A stretch of DNA of 62,559 nucleotides, counting the filler, from Acidimicrobiia bacterium (GTDB lineage: Bacteria > Actinomycetota > Acidimicrobiia > Spongiisociales > SHLN01), in the NCBI GenBank assembly GCA_041619515.1. It is 3 parts of 3 records of this genome, joined end to end, with 100 filler letters (N's around TTAATTAATTAA, not from the genome) between each part and the next. Parts side by side here need not be neighbours in the genome. Positions count along the whole stretch, not along the records: positions 1 to 21,162 come from JBFKDW010000053.1; 2 more parts are not named here. One strand, given 5' to 3'. The notes below the pieces were generated by a model. It saw only the letters and a program-made list of their open reading frames with translations, was not told where the DNA came from and searched no databases. Below are positions 1 to 9,098 of this stretch, piece by piece; within the stretch, counting starts at the first letter, position 1, and each line of letters starts with the position of its first letter. Both the position numbers and the translations under genes were made by a program.

Positions 1-1
1 A

Positions 2-145
2 GGTGGCCTCCAGTCAGACCCGCTCGGGTTCATCTATCCCAAGGGCAGCGACCTGGTCGACCCCGTCAACCAGGCCCTGGCCGCCCTCAAAGCCGACGGC
101 ACCATGGAACGAATCGCCCTCACCTGGTTCAGCCCAGAAGAGTGA
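2..145 (+). CDS. Amino-acid ABC transporter substrate-binding protein, C-terminal fragment (5' truncated by window)
   Basis: Frame 2 reads GGLQSDPLGFIYPKGSDLVDPVNQALAALKADGTMERIALTWFSPEE*, a typical family-3 SBP C-terminus; lies directly upstream of a polar amino-acid permease. Confidence 0.85.
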   Translation, partial: GGLQSDPLGFIYPKGSDLVDPVNQALAALKADGTMERIALTWFSPEE

Positions 146-166
146 TCGGACCCGTTCAGGAAGCAA

Positions 167-194
167 GAGCGCCGGGCCTATTGGCCCGGCGCTC
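167..194 (+). terminator. Perfect 12-bp stem-loop between SBP and permease genes (terminator or mRNA-stabilising hairpin)
   Basis: GAGCGCCGGGCC-TATT-GGCCCGGCGCTC. Confidence 0.65.
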
Positions 195-216
195 GCATTC
201 TTCATAAGATCGTCCC

Positions 217-1035
217 ATGACCGACCCCCGCAGAGAGCTCGAGGAGCTGGCGGACCCGAGTCCTCCCGGCGGCCCTCGTCTCGACTTCGTCGAGTTCCCC
301 TGGTGGCTCGTCATCATCACCGGCCTCGTCGTGTGGATGGTCTTCCTGGTCATCACCTCCGCCGAGTACACCGATGCCTACAAGGCGATTCTTCCCGGCC
401 TGGCCGTCACCGTATCGGCCACCGTGGTCGCCTTCACCGGGTCGCTCATTTTCGGCCTTTTCCTCGGTCTCGGCCGCCTCAGCAAGAACTCGTTCCTGCG
501 CACACTCGCCACCACCTACATCGAGCTGATTCGCGGCATCCCGTTCCTGGTGTGGATATTCGTGGTGGCGTTCGTGTTCACCCGCCAACTCAACAACTCG
601 CTCGACCTCGATCCCAAGACGATCACCAACTGGTGGAAGGGCGTGGCCGCCCTGGCGTTGTTCTACGGGGCGTTCATTGCCGAGGTGTTCCGGGCCGGCA
701 TTCAATCGGTTCCCCTCGGCCAGACCGAAGCCGCTCGTTCGGTCGGGATGACCGAACGGCAGATCACCCGCCGCATTGTGCTCCCGCAGGCGGTGCGCAA
801 CATGCTGCCCGCCCTCGGGAACGACCTCATCGCCCTTTTCAAGGACACGGCCCTGCTGTCCATCATCGCTGTGCGTGAGATCACCCAGCTGGCCAGGCTG
901 TACTCCAACAGCAACTTCCGGTTTCGAGAGACGTTCTTCGTCCTGACGATGTTCTACGTCGTGATCACGATCCTGCTCAGCCTGCTGCTGCGCTGGTACG
1001 AAAAGCGCATCAGCATCCCCGGTCAGCGAGCCTGA
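217..1035 (+). CDS. Polar amino-acid ABC transporter permease (HisM/GlnP family)
   Basis: YIELIRGIP and EAA loop AEVFRAGIQSVPLGQTEAARSVGM; multiple TM segments. Confidence 0.93.
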   Translation: MTDPRRELEELADPSPPGGPRLDFVEFPWWLVIITGLVVWMVFLVITSAEYTDAYKAILPGLAVTVSATVVAFTGSLIFGLFLGLGRLSKNSFLRTLATTYIELIRGIPFLVWIFVVAFVFTRQLNNSLDLDPKTITNWWKGVAALALFYGAFIAEVFRAGIQSVPLGQTEAARSVGMTERQITRRIVLPQAVRNMLPALGNDLIALFKDTALLSIIAVREITQLARLYSNSNFRFRETFFVLTMFYVVITILLSLLLRWYEKRISIPGQRA

Positions 1036-2456
1036 GCGTCCCCGCTCCACTCGGTGTGGAAGAACTCCCCGCGGGGCCGGTCGAGCCGCTCATAGGTGTG
1101 GGCCCCGAAGTAGTCCCGCTGCGCCTGAATCAGATTGGCGGGCAGGCGTTCGGTGCGGTACCCATCGAAGAAGGCGAGGGCCGCCCCGTACGCCGGCACG
1201 GGAACGCCCGCCTCGACCGCTCGCACCACGGTGCGCCGCCACCCGGCCTGGGCGTCTTCCAGCTCGCCCCGGAAGTAGTCGTCCACCACCAGCGAGGGCA
1301 GGTCGCGGTCCCGCTCGAAGGCGGTCTTGATGTGCTCGAGCAGCACCGAGCGGATGATGCACCCCTCACGCCAGAGATAGGCGATTGCGCCGTAGTCCAG
1401 GTCCCAGCCGTACTCGTCGGCGGCTGATCGCAGCAGCATGAACCCCTGGGCATAGCTCACGATCTTGGACGCATAGAGAGCGTCGTGGATATCGGACACG
1501 ATGTGGTCACGGTCGCCCTCGATGTGAGGCACCGGCCCGCCGATGAGCTCGGCCGCCGCCAGCCTCTGATCTTTGAGGGCGGAGAGGATCCGGGCGTACA
1601 CCGCCTCGGCAACGAGTGTTACGGGCACGCCGAGGGTCAGCGATGAGATGCCGGTCCACTTCCCGGTGCCCTTCTGGCCGGCGGCGTCGAGGATCTTCTC
1701 GAGTAGGGGTGTGCCGTCGGTGTCCTCCACGGCCATGATGTCGGCCGTGATCTCGGTGAGATAGGAGTCGAGGGGACCGCCCATCCAGCTGCGGAAGGTG
1801 GCGGCCATTTCCTCGTGGGACATGCTGAGGCCGTTGTGCATGAGCGAGTACGCCTCCGCCAGCACCTGCATGTCGCCGTACTCGATGCCGTTGTGCACCA
1901 TCTTGACGTAGTGGCCGGCACCGTCGGCGCCCACCCAGTCGCAGCACGGTGTGCCGTCTTCGACTTTGGCCGCAATCGACTGGAGGATGTCTTTGACTGC
2001 CGGCCAGGCGGCCCGGGAGCCGCCCGGCATGATGGACGGCCCGTAGCGAGCACCCTCTTCCCCTCCCGAGACACCGGTGCCGATGAAGAGGAAGCCAAGA
2101 TCCTCCAGCCGGGCGGTTCGGCGAATGGTGTCCTCGTAGTGGGCGTTCCCGCCGTCGATGATGATGTCCCCCTCGTCGAGCAGCGGAATCAGCTGCTCGA
2201 TGACGGCATCCGTGCCGCTACCGGCCTGGACCATGAGCATTGCTCGCCGCGGGGGTACCAGCATTCCGACGAGCTCTTCGAGAGTGGCGGCGGCGGCAAC
2301 GCCGGCCGCCCGCCCTTCCTCTTCCATGAAGGCGTCGGTCTTGGAGGTCGTGCGGTTGTACACCGCGACCCGATACCCGTGGTCGGCCATGTTGAGCGCC
2401 AGGTTCCGACCCATCACTGCCAACCCGATGACGGCGATGTCTGCTTGCGGTTGCAT
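1023..2456 (-). CDS. gndA: 6-phosphogluconate dehydrogenase, NADP-dependent, decarboxylating
   Basis: IGLAVMGRNL, GAGHYVKMVHNGIEYGDMQ, GQKGTGKW, QAQRDYFGAHTY. Confidence 0.97.
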   Translation of the reverse strand: MQPQADIAVIGLAVMGRNLALNMADHGYRVAVYNRTTSKTDAFMEEEGRAAGVAAAATLEELVGMLVPPRRAMLMVQAGSGTDAVIEQLIPLLDEGDIIIDGGNAHYEDTIRRTARLEDLGFLFIGTGVSGGEEGARYGPSIMPGGSRAAWPAVKDILQSIAAKVEDGTPCCDWVGADGAGHYVKMVHNGIEYGDMQVLAEAYSLMHNGLSMSHEEMAATFRSWMGGPLDSYLTEITADIMAVEDTDGTPLLEKILDAAGQKGTGKWTGISSLTLGVPVTLVAEAVYARILSALKDQRLAAAELIGGPVPHIEGDRDHIVSDIHDALYASKIVSYAQGFMLLRSAADEYGWDLDYGAIAYLWREGCIIRSVLLEHIKTAFERDRDLPSLVVDDYFRGELEDAQAGWRRTVVRAVEAGVPVPAYGAALAFFDGYRTERLPANLIQAQRDYFGAHTYERLDRPRGEFFHTEWSGDAQAR

Positions 2457-2499
2457 GGAACCAAGCTAGTCCGGAGGCAGCAGGCAGTATCGTGCTCCC

Positions 2500-3141
2500 G
2501 TGGATACCAAGACCGTGCTCGTGTTCGCCGGGGGGGAGCCGGCTCAGCTTGCCGGTCCGCTGCCCGATGCCGACTACGTGATCGCCGCCGATTCCGGCTT
2601 CGACCACGCCTCCGCCCAGGGCATCGAGGTCGATTTGCTCGTCGGCGATCTGGATTCGGTGACTCCCGAAGGACTGGCCGCTGCCCGCCGGGCCGGCGTT
2701 CTTGTCGAGCAGCACTCTCCCAGCAAGGACGCGACCGACCTCGAGCTGGCCCTGGCGGCCGCAGTGCGCCACGGCGCCGCCCGGATGATCATCGTCGGCG
2801 GCGGCGGCGGCCGGCTCGATCACCTCCTCGCCAATGCCATGCTGCTCGCCTCACCCGGTTGGGCGGAGCTGGACGTCGAGTGGTTGGTCGACTCGGCGCA
2901 CGTGCTCGCAATCCGCCACGAGGCAACCATCCACGGTGCCATCGGTGACACGCTGACCTTGCTCGCCGTCGGAGAGCCCGCCGACGGCGTCACGACCGAT
3001 GGCCTCGCATACGAGCTATCCGACGAGGTGCTGTTGGCCAGCTCGACCCGCGGGGTGAGCAACGAGTTCGTGGCCGAGACCGCCACCGTCCGGGTGCGCC
3101 ACGGGGTGCTCCTCGCCATCCATCAGCGGCAACACCGCTAA
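2500..3141 (+). CDS. thiN: Thiamine diphosphokinase
   Basis: IAADSG, VGDLDS, KDATDLELAL, GGRLDHLLAN, RGVSNE. Confidence 0.93.
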   Translation: MDTKTVLVFAGGEPAQLAGPLPDADYVIAADSGFDHASAQGIEVDLLVGDLDSVTPEGLAAARRAGVLVEQHSPSKDATDLELALAAAVRHGAARMIIVGGGGGRLDHLLANAMLLASPGWAELDVEWLVDSAHVLAIRHEATIHGAIGDTLTLLAVGEPADGVTTDGLAYELSDEVLLASSTRGVSNEFVAETATVRVRHGVLLAIHQRQHR

Positions 3142-3215
3142 CACCGGCCATTGGCGCCGCTCTACCCGCCGCCGCCCGTAGTATCGGTGCGAATCCTCAC
3201 ACCGGGAGCAAGATC

Positions 3216-3584
3216 GTGAGAAAGACAGCCGCCCTCATTGTGGCGCTCGCCGTCGGGCTGGCTGCCTGCGGTGGCGGAAGCTCGGCCTGCGCCGTCATCG
3301 TCGACGACGGCGTTGCGCTCTTCCAGGACGTGATCGACGAGCTGGACGGGCTCACGCTCACAGAACTGGACGAGGACCCATTCGCCACCGAAGAATACGA
3401 ACAGCGGGTGAGCGATCTGGAGAGTCGCACACGTGAAGCCGAGTGCTCCGACGAAGAGATGAGTGAGCTGTTGACCGAAAAGATCGGCTCCCTGGAAGCC
3501 GGTGACTCCAACCCGGCCGGGCAGTTCTTCATCGCCATCGTCACTCAGGCAGTCGAGAACGGCGAGTTCGACTTCAGCGGGTAG
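3216..3584 (+). CDS. Small acidic lipoprotein of unknown function
   Basis: Signal peptide with lipobox LAAC; two further Cys; coding-like GC bias. Confidence 0.75.
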   Translation: MRKTAALIVALAVGLAACGGGSSACAVIVDDGVALFQDVIDELDGLTLTELDEDPFATEEYEQRVSDLESRTREAECSDEEMSELLTEKIGSLEAGDSNPAGQFFIAIVTQAVENGEFDFSG

Positions 3585-3657
3585 CCCTCCACCCGGTGCT
3601 CACATCGGGACGGTGCGCAATCCACGCCACCTGTGTGCGGCGGGCAGGCGGGCTCGA

Positions 3658-4572
3658 TCATTTGGCGAACTTCTTCGCCAGTTTCTGGAACTCATCCTGA
3701 TTGGACGCCGGTATGAGGTAGCCGTCGGTCGACCGGATCTCCTCCAGGTGGCCCGACACATCCTCGATCGTCAGCTCACCGTCGTCGAGCGGATGCTTGA
3801 AATATCCATCGGTGAGCCCGACGAAGAACCGGCTCACTGAGCCACCGCCCACCGACCAGATCTCACCAGTCAGCTCGCATTCCTCCGAAGCGAGGTAGGC
3901 GACGGCCGGGCTCACCAGCTCGGGACCGAACTGATCGGAGGTGATCCCGAAGGCCCCCAGCAACTCCTCGGTCATGCGGGTGACGGCAATGGGGGCGATG
4001 GCGTTGACATTGATGTTGTACTTCGCACCCTCCAGTTTGAGGACGTTGACGAGGCCCACCAGGCCCATCTTGGCCGCCCCGTAGTTGGCCTGACCGAAGT
4101 TGCCGAGGATGCCCGATGCCGACGACGTCATGACGACCCGCCCATAGCCCTGCTCCCGCATATGAGGCCAGGCGGCCATCGTCACATAGAACGAGCCGCG
4201 CAGGTGCACGTCGAGCACCGCTGAAACCTGTTCCACGTCCAGGTTGTGGAATGCCTTGTCACGCAGAATTCCGGCGTTGTTGATCACGATGTCCAGGCGC
4301 CCAAACTCGTCGAGAGCCTTCTGAGCGATGGCGGCTCCCCCCTCCGGGGTCGCCACCGACGAATATTCGGCCACCGCTTCGCCGCCGTTGGCCCTGATCT
4401 CCTCCACCACCCCGTCTGCCGCCGCAGGGGTTCCCCCGGTGCCGTCGACGCTGCCCCCGGGGTCGTTGACAACCACGGCGGCGCCCCGTTCCGCCAGCAG
4501 CTGGGCGTGCCGGCGACCGAGACCGCCGCCGGCGCCGGTAACCACCGCAACCCGATCGTTGAATTCGACCAT
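3658..4572 (-). CDS. SDR family oxidoreductase (MFE-2-like 3-hydroxyacyl-CoA dehydrogenase)
   Basis: Start MVEFNDRVAVVTGAGGGLGR, NNAGILRD, GNFGQANYGAAK; the longer ORF-track start overlaps the divergent gene. Confidence 0.92.
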   Translation of the reverse strand: MVEFNDRVAVVTGAGGGLGRRHAQLLAERGAAVVVNDPGGSVDGTGGTPAAADGVVEEIRANGGEAVAEYSSVATPEGGAAIAQKALDEFGRLDIVINNAGILRDKAFHNLDVEQVSAVLDVHLRGSFYVTMAAWPHMREQGYGRVVMTSSASGILGNFGQANYGAAKMGLVGLVNVLKLEGAKYNINVNAIAPIAVTRMTEELLGAFGITSDQFGPELVSPAVAYLASEECELTGEIWSVGGGSVSRFFVGLTDGYFKHPLDDGELTIEDVSGHLEEIRSTDGYLIPASNQDEFQKLAKKFAK

Positions 4573-4647
4573 GGAACAACGCTCCTTCGAGGACTTTTTC
4601 CACTGTAGTGGCGCCGTCGGAGCCGGCTGCCCCCTAGCCTGGGAGGC

Positions 4648-5463
4648 ATGGCCGACGTGCTCACAATCGAGAAAAGCGCTGCAGCCGCCACCGTGTGGCT
4701 GGACCGGCCAGACGCCCGCAACGCCATGGGGGCGGAGCTCTGGCGGCGGCTGCCCGAGGTGATGATCGACTTGGGAGACGACCCAGCAGTGCGGGTGGTC
4801 GTCATCGCGGCCCGTGGCGACCATTTCAGCGTCGGCCTCGACCTCAAGGAGTTCGGTCCTGCCCTCATGACCGGTTTCGGCGGAGATGCGGGCGTTGCGG
4901 CCAGGAGAGCAACCCTGGCCCAGGTCAAGCACATGCAGCACGCCATGACGTCCATCGCCCGCTGTCCCAAGCCGGTGATTGCGGCCGTCCATGGATACTG
5001 CATCGGCGCCGGCGTCGACCTGATAACGGCCTGCGACATCCGGCTGGCCGCCGCCGACGCGGTGTTCTCCGTACGCGAAGTACGCATGGGCATGGTGGCC
5101 GACGTCGGGACCCTGCAACGCCTTCCTCGCATCCTCGACCCGGGCCGGGTGGCGGAGCTGGCCTATACCGGGAGAGATGTGGGGGCCCAGGAGGCACACG
5201 AGATGGGCCTCGTCGGCCATGTCTATGCCAACCGCGACGAGCTGTGGAAAGCTGCCGACGACCTGGCAGCCGAGATCGCCGCCAACTCGCCCCTGGCTGT
5301 GCAGGGATCGAAAGCGGTTCTGGCTGCTACCGAGGACATGAGCGTCGACGAGGCACTCGACTACGTTGCTCTCTGGAACGCTGCCTTCCTCCACTCCAAC
5401 GATCTGCAGGAAGCCGTCCGCGCCTTTCTCGAGAAACGGCCACCAGACTTCGACGGCACCTGA
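4648..5463 (+). CDS. Crotonase/enoyl-CoA hydratase family (dienoyl-CoA isomerase-like)
   Basis: FSVGLDL, PKPVIAAVHGYCIGAGVDLITACDIR, ADVGTLQRLP. Confidence 0.92.
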   Translation: MADVLTIEKSAAAATVWLDRPDARNAMGAELWRRLPEVMIDLGDDPAVRVVVIAARGDHFSVGLDLKEFGPALMTGFGGDAGVAARRATLAQVKHMQHAMTSIARCPKPVIAAVHGYCIGAGVDLITACDIRLAAADAVFSVREVRMGMVADVGTLQRLPRILDPGRVAELAYTGRDVGAQEAHEMGLVGHVYANRDELWKAADDLAAEIAANSPLAVQGSKAVLAATEDMSVDEALDYVALWNAAFLHSNDLQEAVRAFLEKRPPDFDGT

Positions 5464-5465
5464 CC

Positions 5466-6185
5466 GTGATCCCGGCCCTGCGCGCCCTCATCGCGTATCC
5501 CATCATCGCCCTCGCCACCCTCGTGTTCGGTGGCACCGCCGTCATCGGAAGCTGGCTGCCGCTGCGCTGGCACGTGTCGGATCGGTCGGCCAGCATCTGG
5601 GCACGGATCGTTCTCACGGTGGCAGGCGTCCGATTCGAGGTCGAGGGCCGGCACAACTTGCAGCCCGATCGGCCCCAGGTAGTGGTATCCAATCACCTGT
5701 CGAACCTCGATCCGATGGTGCACTGGCTGGCGCTTCAACCACTTCACTACCGCTTCATGGCCAAGAAGGAGGTCTACAAGATCCCCTTCTTCCGGACGGC
5801 CGTCAAGGCGATGCACATGGTGAAGGTGGACCGCGAGGCCGGGTCGGGAGGGTACAGCTTCATCAACCAACAGGTTCGCGAGGTGTTTGCGCTGGGATTG
5901 TCGCTGCTCATCTACGGAGAGGGAACCCGCTCACGCAGCCACGATGTGCAGGCGTTCAAAAAGGGGCCCTTCATCATCGCCAAGGCTGTCGGGGCCCCCA
6001 TCCTGCCGGTGGCCATCGAGGGAACCGACCAGGCCTGGCCGCCCGGAGACTGGCGAATGTACGGGGGAAAGGCCCGGGTCGTCATCCACCCGCTGGTCGA
6101 ACAGGCCGGGACCCCGCTGGAGATGCGCTCGCGCGTCGAGAGCATCATCCGTCAGACCTACGAGGAGCTAACCGGCGGGAGCTGA
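5466..6185 (+). CDS. 1-acyl-sn-glycerol-3-phosphate acyltransferase (PlsC family)
   Basis: NHLSNLD (HX4D), YGEGTRS, FKKGPF; GTG start just after the crotonase stop. Confidence 0.9.
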   Translation: MIPALRALIAYPIIALATLVFGGTAVIGSWLPLRWHVSDRSASIWARIVLTVAGVRFEVEGRHNLQPDRPQVVVSNHLSNLDPMVHWLALQPLHYRFMAKKEVYKIPFFRTAVKAMHMVKVDREAGSGGYSFINQQVREVFALGLSLLIYGEGTRSRSHDVQAFKKGPFIIAKAVGAPILPVAIEGTDQAWPPGDWRMYGGKARVVIHPLVEQAGTPLEMRSRVESIIRQTYEELTGGS

Positions 6186-6916
6186 CCGCTCGCCTCCGCC
6201 ACCAGCTGGTCGAACGTGACAGTGGACTCCAGCCCCGACTCCTCCATCCATCGCTGGTAATCGTCGAAGACCGCCATCGCCTCGAGCCGTCGCTCGTCGG
6301 CAAACAGCGCTTCGATCAGAAGCTTCCAGAACCGCTCGCGATAGGGATACTCGACCACCAGCGCCCGCAGTCTCGATGCGCATTCTCCGCAGCGGCCCAG
6401 CCGGAGCTCGCATTCGGTCTCCATCTCGATTGCCAGCAACCGGAGCTCCTCGAGCCGAATCGCTTCGAGACGACAGAACTCCTCATCGCCGAGCAAACCC
6501 AGGGCGGGGCCTCGCCAGAGGCCGATAGCCCGACGACACGCTTCGAGCGCTCGCTCGGGATCCTCGTCGAGATAGGCGCGCCCTTCCTGCACCAGTCGTT
6601 CGAACCGGCAGGCGTCGATTTGAGCGCAGTCGGCGACCAACACATAGGAGTGATCCTCGTTGGTGATGGAATCGCGCCCCAGCAGGTGCCGCAGCCGGGA
6701 GATGTAGGACTGGATGGTGCTTTCGGCCGAATCGGGAGGGTCATCAGCCCACAGAACGAGGGCCAGCTGGTCGGCCCGCACCGCATGGTTGGCACTCAGC
6801 ACCAGGGCTGCGAGCACCGCCCGCAGATGAGGACCTCCGACGTGAATGGCCTCGTCGTTTCGCCTGGCCTCGAGCGGGCCGAGGATGAGAATTTCCGTGT
6901 CAGAACGCATGCCCAT
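6158..6916 (-). CDS. AfsR/SARP-family transcriptional regulator (wHTH + BTAD only)
   Basis: ILGPLEA, LW.DDPP, YISRLRHLLG, LWRGPAL, PYRERFW. Confidence 0.9.
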   Translation of the reverse strand: MGMRSDTEILILGPLEARRNDEAIHVGGPHLRAVLAALVLSANHAVRADQLALVLWADDPPDSAESTIQSYISRLRHLLGRDSITNEDHSYVLVADCAQIDACRFERLVQEGRAYLDEDPERALEACRRAIGLWRGPALGLLGDEEFCRLEAIRLEELRLLAIEMETECELRLGRCGECASRLRALVVEYPYRERFWKLLIEALFADERRLEAMAVFDDYQRWMEESGLESTVTFDQLVAEASGQLPPVSSS

Positions 6917-6967
6917 CTCCAGTAGACCCCTCCCGATGACCGGCCGCTAGAGGCTTGTGATGGTTTT

Positions 6968-7020
6968 CACATGGAACTCGCAAGCGGGACGTAAGCGCAT
7001 TGCAGGGCCGCAGGTAGATG
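6968..7020 (+). promoter_or_regulatory. Possible SARP-type heptamer direct repeats at 11-bp period upstream of the repeat-protein gene
   Basis: CACATGG(6968), CGCAAGC(6979), CGTAAGC(6990), TGCAGGG(7001), then weak -10-like TAGATG at 7015. Confidence 0.35.
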
Positions 7021-7044
7021 ATTGAGGTGTCGGAAGGACAGAAC

Positions 7045-7578
7045 ATGGCAGACATGCTCGAGAAGAATCGGAGAACCGAGACCAAGGCGCCGACTGCGCC
7101 GGTGAAGCACAGAGTTCACCTCCGGCCCCGGCTCGGCGAGCCTCCTGCCCCGAGGATCCACCGCTGGATCCAGTGGATGGCATTGTTCGTCGTGGCGGCG
7201 GTGGCGGCGGTGCTCGCAGCCGTCTTGCTGGCAGAAAGCGATGAGGGGCCGACCGCCCAGCCGTACGATCGGGGCGCCGAGCACGGCGAGTTCTCGCTCC
7301 TGGCGGTGCGGGACCTGACCGGCGTCGAGCTTTCACGGTTCGCCGGCGGTGACGCCTACCTCGACCCGGACTACCCATCATCCGAGCACGGTGAGTTCTC
7401 GGTCATGGCGGTGCGGGACCTGACCGGCGTCGAGCTTTCACGGTTCGCCGGCGGTGACGCCTACCTCGACCCGGACTACCCATCACCCGAGCACGGTGAA
7501 TTCTCGGTCATGGCGGTGCGGGACCTGACCGGCGTCGAGCTTTCACGGTTCGCCGGCGGTGACGCCTCCCTCGACTGA
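7045..7578 (+). CDS. Single-pass membrane/secreted protein with three 35-aa repeats
   Basis: Hydrophobic WMALFVVAAVAAVLAAVLL then EHGEFS(LL/VM)AVRDLTGVELSRFAGGDAYLDPDYPS x~2.8; start at 7045 (AAGGA upstream) or 7018. Confidence 0.75.
   Translation: MADMLEKNRRTETKAPTAPVKHRVHLRPRLGEPPAPRIHRWIQWMALFVVAAVAAVLAAVLLAESDEGPTAQPYDRGAEHGEFSLLAVRDLTGVELSRFAGGDAYLDPDYPSSEHGEFSVMAVRDLTGVELSRFAGGDAYLDPDYPSPEHGEFSVMAVRDLTGVELSRFAGGDASLD
7279..7575 (+). repeat. 105-bp in-frame tandem repeat, ~2.8 copies
   Basis: Units start at 7279, 7384 and 7489; 4 differences between units 1 and 2, 2 between units 2 and 3. Confidence 0.97.
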
Positions 7579-7625
7579 CCGGGCCAGGGCTGGAGGCAAC
7601 CAGCGCCTCGGCATCGAGGGGCCGC

Positions 7626-9098
7626 TCAGTCGTAGATCCCAACGAGGAACGCCTGACCGTCACGAACCTCGCAGAGAAAGGCTCCGGCCGAGGTGACGAG
7701 CTGGTAGCGGTCGACGGCCGGTTCCCCCTCCCACCACCTACCCATGCGGCGCCAGGGCCCAGCCCAGGACAGGATGGGCTCCCATCGGCTCCGCAGCCGG
7801 ACCCGGGCCGGCAAGCCGTTTTCCCACTCCATCCCCAGGGGTGGGGGCTGAGGAGGCACCAGGCTGGGCGCAGGAGCGGGCAGGCGCCCCGGCCAGGGAG
7901 CCGATGGATCCCGGGACGGGGCCGGAGCCGCCTCCCCCCACCGGAACCACTGCACCCGGTCGAGAGGGTCGCGGCCGCCCTGAGGGCGGGCCTGCAGCAC
8001 GGCATCCGGACCCACCAGCGCCTGAGCACGAATGAGAGCCCGGGTGGCTTCCGCCTCACTCAGCGGGTCCTCGGCCAGACCCAGCTGGCGCCCCTCTCCC
8101 GACACATCGGCCGGCAATACCCGCAGCCGTCGCAGCCCACCGGGGATCCCACCCGACTCCACCCAGGCGCGCAACTGCCAGCGAATCCGCTCGGCCAGGG
8201 TGGCTTCGTCGAAGGGATCGGCACTCCGCCACACCCGCCGCAGCACCTTGCCGGCCACCGACTCGGCCGCTACTTCTATCCGATGGGGGGCTACCCCCTC
8301 GGCTCCCAGCCGGCCCAGCAAGCGGTGCGCCAGACTGCGGGCGGCAAAGCCGGCCTGCTCGAGGTTGACGATCGGCTCTTCGAATGTCTCCTCCACTGCA
8401 TGGTCTTCTGGCACCACACGCGGGTGCGGGTCTCGATCCTCCCCTGATGCATAGCGGTGAGCCTCCAGGCCGAGCGTGCCGAATCGAGAGGCAACCGCCG
8501 CCCGGGGAAGACGGGCCAGCTCGCCCAGAGTGGTGACGCCCAGCCAACGGAAGGTGGCAGCCAGTGCGTCGCTGCCTACGGCGGCGACGTCCAGCGAGGC
8601 CAAGAAGGCTGCCTCGTCTGTCACTATGCAGGGGCTGTTGGAGCCTTCCCGGGCCATGGCAGCCGCCTGGCGGGCCGCGAACGGCCCCTGGGCGACACCG
8701 ATGGCCGCTCCCGGACCGGCGACGACTTCGATCGCATCGGCCAGGCGCTCGACTAGGGCAGCCTCACCTCCGAAGTAGCGAATCGCCCCGGCGATGGGCA
8801 CGAATACGAGGCCGGGATGGACGATCTCTACCTGCGGCACCAGAGTTTCGATGGCGGCCACCACCGGCTCGAACGCTCCGGCTTCAACTCCCCGGTCCTG
8901 GGCGTACGTGACCACGGTGGGGCACACCGCCTCGGCTTCCCGTCTCAGCATGCCCACTGTCACGCTCTGAGCCCGAGCGGGAGAATTGGCAGCGACTACT
9001 CGGTTGGTGTCATCGACGACCTGGCACGGCTCATCCGACGGCGCGTTCAGGCATCTCAGCGGCCAATCGGGAAACCATGCGCACAGTATCCGTGCCAT
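7626..9098 (-). CDS. imuB: ImuB, catalytically inactive Y-family polymerase-like protein
   Basis: MARILCAWFPDWPL, GVTTLGELARLP, C-terminal WAGPWRRMGRWWE; Y-family catalytic acidic motifs absent; follows imuA. Confidence 0.9.
   Translation of the reverse strand: MARILCAWFPDWPLRCLNAPSDEPCQVVDDTNRVVAANSPARAQSVTVGMLRREAEAVCPTVVTYAQDRGVEAGAFEPVVAAIETLVPQVEIVHPGLVFVPIAGAIRYFGGEAALVERLADAIEVVAGPGAAIGVAQGPFAARQAAAMAREGSNSPCIVTDEAAFLASLDVAAVGSDALAATFRWLGVTTLGELARLPRAAVASRFGTLGLEAHRYASGEDRDPHPRVVPEDHAVEETFEEPIVNLEQAGFAARSLAHRLLGRLGAEGVAPHRIEVAAESVAGKVLRRVWRSADPFDEATLAERIRWQLRAWVESGGIPGGLRRLRVLPADVSGEGRQLGLAEDPLSEAEATRALIRAQALVGPDAVLQARPQGGRDPLDRVQWFRWGEAAPAPSRDPSAPWPGRLPAPAPSLVPPQPPPLGMEWENGLPARVRLRSRWEPILSWAGPWRRMGRWWEGEPAVDRYQLVTSAGAFLCEVRDGQAFLVGIYD

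Noticed and set aside
3142..3215. TPP riboswitch near thiN
   Set aside because: No CUGAGA or other TPP-box core on either side of the gene
3658..5394. Extended ORF-track starts suggesting fusions (SDR 578 aa, PlsC 496 aa, monooxygenase 705 aa, ilvN 339 aa)
   Set aside because: Extensions overlap neighbouring real genes; family N-termini and -10/SD signals support the shorter starts
7028..7049. TGTCGG as a second PafBC promoter (also near 42615)
   Set aside because: No TANNNT at the required 10-nt spacing
7279..7575. 105-bp repeats as a CRISPR array or DGR template/variable repeats
   Set aside because: No spacers, in-frame and coding; differences are not adenine-specific; no cas or reverse transcriptase gene in the window
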